Source of the DNA: Bacillota bacterium
GTDB taxonomy: Bacteria > Bacillota > Clostridia > Christensenellales > CAG-314
Assembly (NCBI GenBank): GCA_023458375.1
Contig: JAEWZT010000002.1
Coordinates: forward strand, 264,463-328,462
Length of the DNA stretch: 64,000 nucleotides
Direction of reading: 5' to 3'
The notes beneath the pieces were generated by a model. That model was not told the origin of the DNA. It saw only the letters and a program-made list of their open reading frames with translations, and made no database searches. Of the stretch, positions 44,247 to 53,851 are shown piece after piece. A program made the position numbers and the translations under genes. How positions within the stretch are numbered: the stretch's first letter is position 1; each line of letters begins with the position of its first letter.

Positions 44247-45926
44247 CTACCCGAAAATTACGTTATTTATAATTATTTCTTCCTTTGAAGAAAAACTTAA
44301 CAGGTTTATTTTTTCTTTTTTGGAAGAATCAAAGGCTTTTGAGCCTATCTGAACGCACTTAAAATCCTTAAAATCCCCTTTCACCTTTTGCCAAAGCTGT
44401 CCGCCCGTTAAATTAACGCGTTTTACAAAAATTTCCTGGTAGCTTTCGCCCCAATTAGTGAGCAGGTAACAGTCAAGCTCCCCCTCTTTTAAGCAAAAAA
44501 CGTCAAAGGACAAAAAACTGTCGCCCGAGCTGAAAGGGTATTCCGTTACGGCGAAAGTGCCTAGGCTTTTGCCCTTTACGCCTTTAATGCCAAAAGGTCC
44601 TTCCGCCCATTCCAAAGGCTTTGCGAGGGAGTGCACTTCGCCGCCTTCCACCGCAAGGGGTATAAATGAGCCTGTTTTTTCTTCCTGCTGATACAAAATC
44701 CTGCTTTTTTGGCTTTCTTTTGCGTCGTAGTATCGGGGGTAAACCGTTTCGGGGTCGCTGGAAATAAGCAAACCGTTGAGTTTTGCCGTGGCGTAAGCGG
44801 TAACGGGCGTTTCCTTGTCGTAAAAAACCACCCTTCCCTTAACGAAGTTTTCTTCCTTGACAATTTCGCATTGCCGCCAATTAAAGATTTTACTGTCGGT
44901 ATTTCCGTTTGTATAAAACAATCTTATTTCGCCTTTTTCGTCTTTTTTTACGGCGCAGTAAAGCTCGCCGCCCTTTGTCCTAAAACTTAAACGCGGCTCA
45001 ACGGGGATATTTTTAACTTCCTCAAAGCAAATGGTAAACCACCTGGCGACGTTTTGTAAGTCCTCGTCGCTTACGGTGTCTAAGGCATCTTTTATATAAA
45101 GGTGACGCGACCTCGCGTTTTTGCAGCGCTTCATGGCGGCGCGGTTTTCAATTATGCTTGTGTATCCGCTGTTTGCGCCGGTAATTAAGTAAAGGGGCTG
45201 AGTAATGTATTGAAGATATCCTTGCGGCGCCATTGCCGAAAGCCAGCGCTCCTCTTCGTCAAGCTCTTCCATGGACTTATTTAAGTCGCTTACCGAAAGC
45301 TGCTCTATGCGACTCATTTTTCTAATGGTTTCTTCCCATATATTGCCGAAAGCTACCGCCCCCGAAAGCACGCGTTTGTCGCTTGCCAAAACGTGAACGG
45401 CTACGCGCGAAGCAAACTGTCCCACCGAATAAAGCGCAAGCTTGTTGTCTTTTGCGTATTTTTTCTCAAAAACAAGGTCTATAAGGCGCAAAGTATTTAT
45501 GTCCCACTCAAACCATGTGGTGTCGCGCGCCGTCAAGTCGGCGTATTCCATATGCCTGCCCGCGCGCGGCAGGTTGGCATAGTCGGCGTCTTGGGGGTAA
45601 ATTGTGTGGGCGCCCCTTCCAGCGTCCCCCGAATAGTCTATCGCCAAAGTAAAAAAGTCCAGTTTAGCAAAGTAAATAAGGCCGTTTATGTCGTGTTTTT
45701 TGCCTATTTCGCCAATCCTTATTACGCAGGGGGCGGGGCGTTCTTTGTAGGCGCAAATGCAGTAAACGCGCGTTACGCCCATTTGTTTTTTGTTTCCGTT
45801 GAAATAGAAATGCTCGACGGTAACTCCTTCAACCTGTTCCTTTTTAATTACCGTTACGTCAAACTCTCCGCTTCGGTCGTAGTCTTCAAAAAGTGTTTTG
45901 GGCGTATAAATAGTCGCATTAACCAT
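44247..45926 (-). CDS. hypothetical 559-aa protein (N-terminal half faintly alpha/beta-hydrolase/acetyl-xylan-esterase-like, no clear GxSxG)
   Basis: Long uninterrupted ORF. I cannot assign a family. Confidence 0.6.
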   Translation of the reverse strand: MVNATIYTPKTLFEDYDRSGEFDVTVIKKEQVEGVTVEHFYFNGNKKQMGVTRVYCICAYKERPAPCVIRIGEIGKKHDINGLIYFAKLDFFTLAIDYSGDAGRGAHTIYPQDADYANLPRAGRHMEYADLTARDTTWFEWDINTLRLIDLVFEKKYAKDNKLALYSVGQFASRVAVHVLASDKRVLSGAVAFGNIWEETIRKMSRIEQLSVSDLNKSMEELDEEERWLSAMAPQGYLQYITQPLYLITGANSGYTSIIENRAAMKRCKNARSRHLYIKDALDTVSDEDLQNVARWFTICFEEVKNIPVEPRLSFRTKGGELYCAVKKDEKGEIRLFYTNGNTDSKIFNWRQCEIVKEENFVKGRVVFYDKETPVTAYATAKLNGLLISSDPETVYPRYYDAKESQKSRILYQQEEKTGSFIPLAVEGGEVHSLAKPLEWAEGPFGIKGVKGKSLGTFAVTEYPFSSGDSFLSFDVFCLKEGELDCYLLTNWGESYQEIFVKRVNLTGGQLWQKVKGDFKDFKCVQIGSKAFDSSKKEKINLLSFSSKEEIIINNVIFG

Positions 45927-45964
45927 AACTTTATAATACCCTATTATTCCCCCTTGCGCAAGTA

Positions 45965-46506
45965 ATTATTGCCGCCTCTTACTTTGCGAAATGAATTAAA
46001 AAAACCAATTTTTTTCAAACCCTTTTTTGGAAAACGGAAAGTTGCTTTGATTGCAATAAAGCACGCTGATTTAATCGCCGCTATGGTAATAATCTATTAG
46101 GGAGATAAGATTTTTTAATCAAAGTCCCGCCGCCTCTCTGCAAATAAAAAGGAATGCAAAGTTATATAGCGCTTCAAGCATAATAATGAAAAATCAAATT
46201 TTTTAACTTGCCTTGCCTATGTGTAAAAACGAAAAAATGTCGATAAAGCAATGTGTCTGATTTATTCTTGATTACAAGAGGAATGCTCCGCCGCTGTTTT
46301 TGAGCAAAAAACTTTTTTAAAAAAAACCAATTTTTTTCAAACCTGTCGAAAAACGGAAAGCTATGTTAGCTGAAATAAGGGCGTTTGACTTAATCGCCAC
46401 TGTGTAAATAAAATTACGGCATAGAAGGAATATGTTCAAAAACGTTGTGAAAAACAAAAAAGCTGTTTTGATTGCATTAAGGCGCGTCGAATGATGCTCG
46501 TGTTTT
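45965..46506. repeat. four degenerate copies of a ~50-nt core, two embedded in a ~95-nt longer repeat
   Basis: Long copies at 45996-46093 and 46316-46413 share TTAAAAAAACCAATTTTTTTCAAACC...GAAAACGGAAAG...TTAATCGCC. Core copies start at about 46027, 46221, 46344 and 46444 (for example ttgtgaaaaacaaaaaagctgttttgattgcattaaggcgcg). Confidence 0.5.
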
Positions 46507-46518
46507 GGCAAAAACGGC

Positions 46519-46550
46519 TTTAAAAAGAAAACGCGCGCCTATTTGCGCGC
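46519..46550 (-). terminator. intrinsic terminator downstream of rlmH
   Basis: Minus strand reads GCGCGC-aaatag-GCGCGC followed by GTTTTCTTTTT. Confidence 0.6.
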
Positions 46551-46668
46551 AAAGTCTTAGTTTATTTAATTTGCGGTAACTGCGGCTGGGCAAGAGCTGA
46601 TTTTTTGCCGCTGGCACAGGAACTTTATGTTTAATTTAAGTAAAAATATGCTGCCAAATAAGCTCTGT

Positions 46669-47112
46669 TTATTTATGGTATTTGCGGTTAGCGTTTATGG
46701 TAAGGGCGCGGTAAAGCTGTTCCGTTAAAACTACGTTTGCCAAAGAATGGGGAAGAGTGCAAAAGGAAAGCGACCAAAGCAGGCTTGCCTGTTTTTTAAT
46801 TTTTTCGCTTAAACCCTCGCTTCCCCCTATAATAACCGTTATGCTGCCTTTTGCCGACGCTTCTTTAATTTTTTGAGCCAGTTCTTCGCTTGAAAGGTTT
46901 TGCCCGCCCTTGTCTGCGACTATAACGTAACCTTCGCAAAACTTGCTTAAAGCGGCATATTCTTTTTCAAGTTTGTCCCTGCCTTCCTTTTCTTCCTCCA
47001 AAAAGTTTCGCGTCAATGAGGCGTAGCGACTTATGCGCTTGTCATATTCTTCCAAAGCCTGCTTGTAATAGCTTTCCTTAATACGTCCGACGGCGGCAAT
47101 GTTTATTTTCAT
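46669..47112 (-). CDS. rlmH: 23S rRNA (pseudouridine1915-N3)-methyltransferase
   Basis: Start set at ATG 47112 (MKINIAAVGRIKESYYKQALEEY). SPOUT C-terminus IIGGSEGLS..SLSFCTLPHSLANVVLTEQLYRA. Confidence 0.85.
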   Translation of the reverse strand: MKINIAAVGRIKESYYKQALEEYDKRISRYASLTRNFLEEEKEGRDKLEKEYAALSKFCEGYVIVADKGGQNLSSEELAQKIKEASAKGSITVIIGGSEGLSEKIKKQASLLWSLSFCTLPHSLANVVLTEQLYRALTINANRKYHK

Positions 47113-48110
47113 TACACAAAAAGCGCCGCAACCCACATTAAAGCGCATATAAGCAGCGCGACAATAAACAAAAACTTTTCAAGCGACCCCGACCTTGGCA
47201 GCGTAGCCGTAAGCTTTTCTTCTTCGTAAACTAAATCATGGCGCACGGGAAGAGAATCCAGTTGGATTTGGCGCTGCTTTATTTCGTAGTCTTTGTCAAA
47301 ACGGTTGGGGATTAATTTTATAAACATTACTATGCCCGCCGCCGCTACAACCGCGCCTGCGGCGACGCATATATACCAATTTTGCACAAATATTTTTTCT
47401 TGAATTTCGGCGCTTAAAAGCAAATCCATAATAATAGCTAAAACGTTGTTGTAAAAGTGCATCAAAATCGCCGTCCAGACGCTGCCTCCGCGCAGCATAT
47501 AAAAAGCCAAAACAACGCCCAAAACAAACTGGTAAATGGTTTGCGCGGGATTCATATGAAAGAGCATAAACACAAAGCCGCTTATAAGCGAGGCAAAAAT
47601 TATGCCGCGCCTGGCAAAACCTTTGGCGATTATTCCCCTCATCAGCACTTCCTCGCAAAAAGAGGGTAAGGCGCACACCACCAAAATATAGAAAATTACC
47701 GTTACCGCGTCGGGGTTTTCGGGGAAAATAGAGTCTGCCGAACCGCCCGTCAACAAGCCGTGTTCCGTCAAAAAGGTTATAAACGCAAAAACCAAAGGCA
47801 TAAGGGCAAAAATTAAGCCCGTTACCGTCAAAAACCCCAAAAAAGTCGCGCCCATATGGGGCTTTACGTTTAAAGTGGTGGCTTCAAAAAAGTTAATTTC
47901 CTTTTTAGAACAATAAATCGCGACAAGCACTAACAGAGAGGAAGTGGACACTGCCACCCCCACCCATGTAATCGCCGTAACGTCGCCCCCGGTTAAGTTT
48001 ACGGCGGCAATGGCTACTCCCGCAATTAAGTTTACGCCCAAAAAGAAGGCAAGCCCCAAAACAAAGGTCTGCATGGCGTCGGAGGGGGAAAGATATTTTC
48101 TTCCTTTCAT
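47112..48110 (-). CDS. CPBP-family intramembrane glutamic endopeptidase (CAAX-protease-like)
   Basis: 332 aa, polytopic, with motifs EEVLMRG, FMLFHM and HFYNN. TAATG overlaps with both neighbouring genes. Confidence 0.8.
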   Translation of the reverse strand: MKGRKYLSPSDAMQTFVLGLAFFLGVNLIAGVAIAAVNLTGGDVTAITWVGVAVSTSSLLVLVAIYCSKKEINFFEATTLNVKPHMGATFLGFLTVTGLIFALMPLVFAFITFLTEHGLLTGGSADSIFPENPDAVTVIFYILVVCALPSFCEEVLMRGIIAKGFARRGIIFASLISGFVFMLFHMNPAQTIYQFVLGVVLAFYMLRGGSVWTAILMHFYNNVLAIIMDLLLSAEIQEKIFVQNWYICVAAGAVVAAAGIVMFIKLIPNRFDKDYEIKQRQIQLDSLPVRHDLVYEEEKLTATLPRSGSLEKFLFIVALLICALMWVAALFV

Positions 48111-48865
48111 TAAATTACCTCGCTGATTTCGTTTTGTGAGGCGACAAAGATTTCTACCTTAACGCCCCTTTTTTCGGCAACGCCCCTTGCGCAGTTTAGC
48201 GCCAAAAGAGGTTTGTTATTATTTTCTGACAAATGCGCCAAAAGTATTTTGGTAGTGCCGTATCCTAGCACGGCGTCAAGCAGCGACGCCGTCTGTTCGT
48301 TTGAAAGATGCCCCGACGAACCCTCAATGCGTTTTTTTAAGTAATAAGGATAACTCCCCTGAACAAGCATTTTGCGGTCGTGGTTGCTTTCTATGACCAA
48401 ACTGTCGCAGCCCTTTACAAAGTCCACAAGCTTGTCGTTTACGCACCCCGTGTCGGTAATGTAACAAATGGATTTTGATTCCGCCTTAAAGCAGTAGCCC
48501 ACGCAGCAGCTTGCATCGTGGCTGCAACGGTAAAAATCAACTTGCAAATCCTTATACTTAAATCCCTGCTCAAAGGTGTCCGCTTCCCAAAATACTTTGC
48601 CGTATAGTTCGTTATAGCCCTCTTTATGCACAAAAACTTGCGCCGCCGCGTTATATTTTAAAAAATCAAACAGCCCCGATATGTGGTCTGAATGGGAATG
48701 GGTAATGAAAATAGCGTCAATTTGCCTTGGCGCAACGCCTGCGTTTTTTAACGCCCTCGTAAGCGCCGTGTAACTTGTGCCGCAGTCAATCAAAATCTTG
48801 GTGTTGTCGGTAGTAAGCAGGGCGCAGTTACCTTTGCTTCCCGAAAAAAGCGTCATAATTTGCAT
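48110..48865 (-). CDS. MBL-fold metallo-hydrolase, WalJ/YycJ-like
   Basis: HSHSDH motif and MTLFSGSKGNC N-terminus. The start is ambiguous (ATG 48865 or 48856, or TTG 48895), and none has a good RBS. Confidence 0.75.
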   Translation of the reverse strand: MQIMTLFSGSKGNCALLTTDNTKILIDCGTSYTALTRALKNAGVAPRQIDAIFITHSHSDHISGLFDFLKYNAAAQVFVHKEGYNELYGKVFWEADTFEQGFKYKDLQVDFYRCSHDASCCVGYCFKAESKSICYITDTGCVNDKLVDFVKGCDSLVIESNHDRKMLVQGSYPYYLKKRIEGSSGHLSNEQTASLLDAVLGYGTTKILLAHLSENNNKPLLALNCARGVAEKRGVKVEIFVASQNEISEVI

Positions 48866-49165
48866 AGTAAACAAATTATACAACAGCGCCGTCAAAAAAT
48901 CAATTATAAGAAAGGTTTAAGCTATACGCAAAGCGTTTTAGAAACTTTAAAAGCAAAGCATAATAATTTTTGTAAAGCGCAGAAAAACAGGCGCGCCGCA
49001 AATTCTGTTTTTCTTTTATTTTCTTCCTTTTTAATTTTTCCCGCACATACGTTATTTTTTAACGCCGTCCTTTCCCCCGCGCTAAAAGGCGTTATTGTCA
49101 TTGCAAAGGAGGGCAAAATATGTTATTATAACGTTACCAAAATTATTTAGCGCCAAGGAGCACAA

Positions 49166-50950
49166 ATGAGTTTTGAAAACAAAGAAGGCATAGCGCCCAA
49201 ACGCAAGAGTTGGAGCTACGTCAAAGATTTTATCCCCTATTACAAGCCTTACGGAAGGCTGTTATTTTTTGATATGTTTTGCAGTTTGCTGGCGGCGGGG
49301 GTTGACCTTGTTTTCCCGCTGTTTGTTGAGGTAATTACCGACCAAGCCATTGACGTAGGCTTTTTAGTAATGACCACGGTAATAAAATACGCCGCCATAC
49401 TGCTGGGGCTTAGGGTTATAGAGGTCTTTTGCCGCTTTTTCGTCAACAAATACGGGCATATCATGGGCGTAAAAATAGAAAGCGACTTGCGGCGCAATAT
49501 GTTCAACCATTTGCAGCAGCTTCCCCACTCTTTTTATGACAATCAAAAGGTGGGCACGCTAATGAGCCGCATTACCACCGACCTTTTTGACATTACGGAG
49601 TTTTCCCACCACTGCCCCGAAACGCTTTTAATCGCAAGCGTGCGCATTGTGGGTATTTTTTCCGTCTTAATGACTAAAAACATCTATATGACGCTGTGCT
49701 TTTTTGTGCTTTTGCCCTTTATGGGTTTTATGATAGTGCGTTTCAACAATAAATGGGACGACAACTACCAAAAAAACCGCTCCAATATGGCGGACATAAA
49801 CGCGCAGGTTGAGGACAGTCTGGCGGGCGTAAGGGTGGTAAAGTCCTTTGCCAACGAGCAGCTGGAAGAGGAAAAGTTTGAAAAAGGCAATAAAGCGTTT
49901 GTAAAAAGCAAGTCGCAGACATACCACTATATGGGCACTTTCTTTGCGGGCATACGCGCTATGGACGCCTTAATGTATATTACCATTTTAATTTTAGGCG
50001 CTGTGTTTAAAATAAGCGCGGGCGAGTTTATAGTTTACCTTTTATACGCGGGCAGTTTGCTCAACAGCTTGGTAGCTTTTGCAGACTATTCCGAGCAGTT
50101 TCAAAAGGGAATCACCGCCTTTATGCGCTACCAGCAGATTATGGACACGCCCGTTGACCTGCACGACAAAGAAAATCCCGTAGCCGTTGAAAGGCTTAAA
50201 GGGGACATTGTTTTTAAGGAAGTAACCTTTTCTTATAACGGAAGCGAAAAAAAGGTGCTTGACAAACTTGACTTTACGGTAGATTACGGTCAGACGGTGG
50301 CGATTGTAGGTCCTTCGGGGGGCGGAAAAACCACTGTGAGCAACCTTATCCCCCGCTTTTATGACGTAACGGAAGGGGCAATAATGATAGACGGAATTGA
50401 TGTGCGCGATATGGCGCTAAAACAGCTTCGCCAAAACATCGGCGTGGTGCAGCAGGACGTTTACCTCTTTTGGGGGACAATCGCCGAAAATATCGCCTAC
50501 GGAAAGCCCGACGCTACAACGGAAGAAATTGTCGCGGCTGCTAAGCTTGCGGGCGTTGACGAGTTTGTAGAAAGCCTGCCCGAAAGATATGATTCCTTTG
50601 TGGGCGAAAGGGGCGTAAAGCTGTCGGGGGGACAAAAACAGCGCGTATCTATCGCGAGGGTGTTTTTAAAAAACCCTCCCGTGCTTATACTTGACGAGGC
50701 TACAAGCGCGCTTGACAACGAAAGCGAGGTTAAAGTCCAAAAATCGCTTGACAAGCTTGCCAAGGGACGCACAAGCATAATTATCGCGCACCGGCTATCC
50801 ACCATAAGAAACGCCGACAAAATTATAGTGCTTACCGATAAGGGAATTATGGAAACAGGCACGCACCACGAGCTTATGAGCCAAAACGGTTTGTATAAAA
50901 AACTTTACGATTTATCACTTCGAACAGAAAATCTTCAAATGAATAAATAA
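49166..50950 (+). CDS. ABC transporter, fused permease/ATP-binding protein (MsbA-like exporter)
   Basis: 594 aa with 6 TM segments, Walker A GPSGGGKTT, signature LSGGQKQR and Walker B ILDEATSALD. Confidence 0.9.
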   Translation: MSFENKEGIAPKRKSWSYVKDFIPYYKPYGRLLFFDMFCSLLAAGVDLVFPLFVEVITDQAIDVGFLVMTTVIKYAAILLGLRVIEVFCRFFVNKYGHIMGVKIESDLRRNMFNHLQQLPHSFYDNQKVGTLMSRITTDLFDITEFSHHCPETLLIASVRIVGIFSVLMTKNIYMTLCFFVLLPFMGFMIVRFNNKWDDNYQKNRSNMADINAQVEDSLAGVRVVKSFANEQLEEEKFEKGNKAFVKSKSQTYHYMGTFFAGIRAMDALMYITILILGAVFKISAGEFIVYLLYAGSLLNSLVAFADYSEQFQKGITAFMRYQQIMDTPVDLHDKENPVAVERLKGDIVFKEVTFSYNGSEKKVLDKLDFTVDYGQTVAIVGPSGGGKTTVSNLIPRFYDVTEGAIMIDGIDVRDMALKQLRQNIGVVQQDVYLFWGTIAENIAYGKPDATTEEIVAAAKLAGVDEFVESLPERYDSFVGERGVKLSGGQKQRVSIARVFLKNPPVLILDEATSALDNESEVKVQKSLDKLAKGRTSIIIAHRLSTIRNADKIIVLTDKGIMETGTHHELMSQNGLYKKLYDLSLRTENLQMNK

Positions 50951-50965
50951 GGAGAAAGGGTAAAA

Positions 50966-51778
50966 ATGAAAACCCAAGACAGGGCAAAGGAAATCAGGGC
51001 AAACGCGCTGCTTTGCATTAACAGCATAGGCAACGGGCATATAGGGGGCAGTTTAAGTATCTGCGATATTTTGGCGGTGCTTTACGAAAAGCATTTAAAG
51101 TTTAACGCCGCTAATCCCCATACGGAAGGAAGAGACAGGGTAGTGCTAAGCAAGGGGCACGCGGGTCCCGCTTTATACGGCACGCTTTGCGCTTACGGTT
51201 TTTTCCCCAAAGAAGAATTGCTAACGCTCAATAAGCTGGGCACAAAACTTCCCAGCCACTGCAACAGCCTGCTTACCCCCGGCGTGGATATGACTGCGGG
51301 AAGCCTTGGTCAGGGCATTTCTTCGGCGGTCGGGCTTGCGCTTGCATCGAAGCTAAAAGGCGACGGCGCGCGCGTTTACGCCATTGTGGGCGACGGCGAG
51401 TGCCAGGAGGGTCAGGTTTGGGAGGCGGCGATGCTTGCGGGCAACAGAAAGCTTGACAACCTGACGGTATTTATAGACAACAATAAAATGCAAATAGACG
51501 ACGTTACCGACAAAATTAACAAGGTGGAAGACCTTGAAGCCAAATGGAAGGCTTTTAATTTTGAAACAATCCGCATTGACGGGCATAACCATGAGGCTTT
51601 GGACAAGGCGATATCCCTTGCAAAAGAAACCAAGGACAAGCCTTTTGCCGTTATTTGCGACACCGTAAAGGGCAAAGGGGTAAAGTTTTACGAAGAAATG
51701 GGGGTAAACAACCACAGCACAACGGTGGGCGACGAGCAGGTTAAACAGGCTTTTGAAGAGCTGGGCTTAAAACTTTAA
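50966..51778 (+). CDS. transketolase, N-terminal (TPP-binding) subunit
   Basis: 270 aa with GHIGGSLS, SKGHAGPALY and GDGECQEGQVWEA. Confidence 0.9.
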   Translation: MKTQDRAKEIRANALLCINSIGNGHIGGSLSICDILAVLYEKHLKFNAANPHTEGRDRVVLSKGHAGPALYGTLCAYGFFPKEELLTLNKLGTKLPSHCNSLLTPGVDMTAGSLGQGISSAVGLALASKLKGDGARVYAIVGDGECQEGQVWEAAMLAGNRKLDNLTVFIDNNKMQIDDVTDKINKVEDLEAKWKAFNFETIRIDGHNHEALDKAISLAKETKDKPFAVICDTVKGKGVKFYEEMGVNNHSTTVGDEQVKQAFEELGLKL

Positions 51779-51792
51779 GGAGGAAAAATAAA

Positions 51793-52710
51793 ATGGAAAT
51801 GAGAAAAGTTTACGCCCAAACAATGGCGGAGATAATGAGGCAAAACGACAAAGTCGTAATACTTGACGCCGACCTTGCAAAAGCGTGCGGCACAACCCCT
51901 TTATATAAAGAGTTCCCAAACAGATGCTTTGATGTGGGCATAGCGGAAAGTAATATGGTGTCCGTCGCCGTGGGCTTTTCCCACTACGGATATATTCCTT
52001 TTACACATACCTTTACGCCCTTTTCGGTGAGGCGCGCCTACGACCAAATAGCTGTGGGGCTAAGCTACGGTATGCAAAACGTAAAAATCGTGGGCACAGA
52101 CCCGGGGGTATGCGCAACGCTTAATGGTGGGACGCATATGTCTTTTGAAGACGTAGCGGCTATGCGCGCCCTTGCCAATATGCTTATATTTGAGCCTTGC
52201 GATTCACGGCAGTTGCAGCTTGCGCTTCCCCAAATTGTGGCTCACCAAGGGCCTTGCTATTTGCGCTTGATGAGAAAAGAGGACTATAATATTGTCCCCG
52301 AAAATTACGTTTTTGACCTTTATAAGGCCGACGTGCTTAAAGAGGGCAATTTGCTTACGGTGGTCGTAAGCGGCTTTTTGACGGCCGACTGCATGGATAT
52401 AGCAAAAAAGCTTTCGGGCGAAGGCAAAGAAATTGAAGTTATAAACGTCCATACCCTTAAACCGCTGGACGAGCAGACGGTTATTGCTTCGGCAAAAAAG
52501 ACCAACAAGGTGCTTGTGGTGGAAAACGCCAGCCGCATGGGCGGGCTTTTCGGAGCCGTCGCAGAAACCTTGGTAAAAAATTACCCCGTAAAATGCGACG
52601 TTGTCGCGATAGACGACCGTATAGGTCAAGTGGGCAAATTTGAAGAACTGCGCTTAGACTACGGCATAGACTATAAATCCATAGAAAGCAAAATCCTTTC
52701 TATGTTATAA
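51793..52710 (+). CDS. transketolase, C-terminal (pyrimidine-binding) subunit
   Basis: 305 aa with FDVGIAESNMV and GTHMSFEDVA. Adjacent to the N-terminal subunit gene. Confidence 0.9.
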   Translation: MEMRKVYAQTMAEIMRQNDKVVILDADLAKACGTTPLYKEFPNRCFDVGIAESNMVSVAVGFSHYGYIPFTHTFTPFSVRRAYDQIAVGLSYGMQNVKIVGTDPGVCATLNGGTHMSFEDVAAMRALANMLIFEPCDSRQLQLALPQIVAHQGPCYLRLMRKEDYNIVPENYVFDLYKADVLKEGNLLTVVVSGFLTADCMDIAKKLSGEGKEIEVINVHTLKPLDEQTVIASAKKTNKVLVVENASRMGGLFGAVAETLVKNYPVKCDVVAIDDRIGQVGKFEELRLDYGIDYKSIESKILSML

Positions 52711-52757
52711 TTCTTAAAAAAGTTAAATCTGAACTGTAAAATTTGGGAGGTAGAGGT

Positions 52758-53180
52758 ATGTTGGCATTATTTTTTGCTGACGCGCAACAGGGGTGGCTGT
52801 GGATTTCCTTAGGCATCGCGGTTTTGGTTATCATAGCGTTAATTTGGGTTTTAGTAGACAAAAAAATCAAAAAAGACAGAAGGGACAGGTTGAAGGTGCA
52901 GGAAGGGGACTTTGCAAAGCCTTTGCTTAGCGACAGGAACGAAATGTTCATCAACCTGCCGCGCAACGTTACCTACGCCGTGGGCGAAAAAAAGGGTAAC
53001 CCCATAAAACCGGGCAGATATATTCTTAAAAACTCAATTGAGAGCGAAAAGGCCGACGTCAACGTGCGCTATAACGGCTTGGTCAAAGAGTTTAAAAACG
53101 GCGGCAAAATCACTTTGGGCGAGGGGGACAGCATTTGCTGCGTATCCTCTTCCGCCGTCATAATTGCCGACCTTGACTAA
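52758..53180 (+). CDS. hypothetical single-TM protein
   Basis: Start set at ATG 52758 behind GGGAGGTAGAGG. Has an N-terminal TM helix and a small soluble domain. Confidence 0.5.
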   Translation: MLALFFADAQQGWLWISLGIAVLVIIALIWVLVDKKIKKDRRDRLKVQEGDFAKPLLSDRNEMFINLPRNVTYAVGEKKGNPIKPGRYILKNSIESEKADVNVRYNGLVKEFKNGGKITLGEGDSICCVSSSAVIIADLD

Positions 53181-53838
53181 CTTGCGCGACTACAACGGCT
53201 GGGAAAATATTTTTATTCCGCAGTTTGAGCAGGAGTATTTCAAAAAGCTCAAAGAGTTTTTGCTTGAAGAATACAAAAGCAAGAGAGTCTTCCCTCCCGC
53301 AAAAGATATTTTTCACGCCTTTGACGTTACGCACCTTTTTAACGTCAAAGTTGTCATTTTGGGGCAAGACCCTTACCCCAACGAGGGGCAGGCTATGGGG
53401 CTTGCCTTTTCGGTGCCCCAAACGCAGCCTGTTCCGCCAAGCCTATACAACATTAAAAAAGAAATATTGTCCGATACCGGCAAAGCCAGCATCATAGAAA
53501 AAGGCGACTTAACCCCTTGGGCAAAGCAGGGGGTGTTGCTTTTAAACACTGTTTTAACGGTTGTCAAGGGCGTGCCCAACTCACACAAGGGCAAGGGGTG
53601 GGAAACCTTTACCGACGCCGTAATAAAGGGTGTAAGCCAAGAAAAAGAGGGTGTGGCGTTTATGCTTTGGGGGGCTAACGCCGCCGCAAAAAAAGGTCTC
53701 ATTGACAAAAACAAGCATTTGATTTTAACCGCCGCACACCCAAGCCCCTTGTCGGCGTATAACGGCTTTTTCGGCTGCCGTCATTTTTCGCAGGCAAACG
53801 AGTTTTTGCAAAAACGCGGCGAGGAAATAGCCTGGTAA
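53164..53838 (+). CDS. ung: uracil-DNA glycosylase (family 1)
   Basis: 224 aa with GQDPYP and HPSPLSA motifs. TTG start as given by the track. Confidence 0.9.
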   Translation: MPTLTNLRDYNGWENIFIPQFEQEYFKKLKEFLLEEYKSKRVFPPAKDIFHAFDVTHLFNVKVVILGQDPYPNEGQAMGLAFSVPQTQPVPPSLYNIKKEILSDTGKASIIEKGDLTPWAKQGVLLLNTVLTVVKGVPNSHKGKGWETFTDAVIKGVSQEKEGVAFMLWGANAAAKKGLIDKNKHLILTAAHPSPLSAYNGFFGCRHFSQANEFLQKRGEEIAW

Positions 53839-53851
53839 TAAGTAGTTTTTT

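Noticed and set aside
45393-45965. 190-aa plus-strand ORF. The same applies to 59453..60025 (-), 33601..34035 (-), 90..575 (-) and many shorter track ORFs.
   Set aside because: All are antisense to longer ORFs with clear family motifs and lack ribosome-binding sites. I treat them as shadow ORFs.
46317-46511. 64-aa minus-strand ORF whose C-terminus (..GLKKIGFF*) is mirrored by the other repeat copy near 46000; considered as a small duplicated gene.
   Set aside because: Only one copy has a start codon. Differences between the copies are not biased toward synonymous changes, and there is no RBS. The protein-level similarity simply follows from the nucleotide repeat.
48856-48880. Inverted repeat ATAATTTG-N9-CAAATTAT at the 5' end of the walJ-like gene, considered as an operator.
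   Set aside because: It is AT-rich, overlaps alternative start codons, and could arise by chance in this composition. There is no supporting context.
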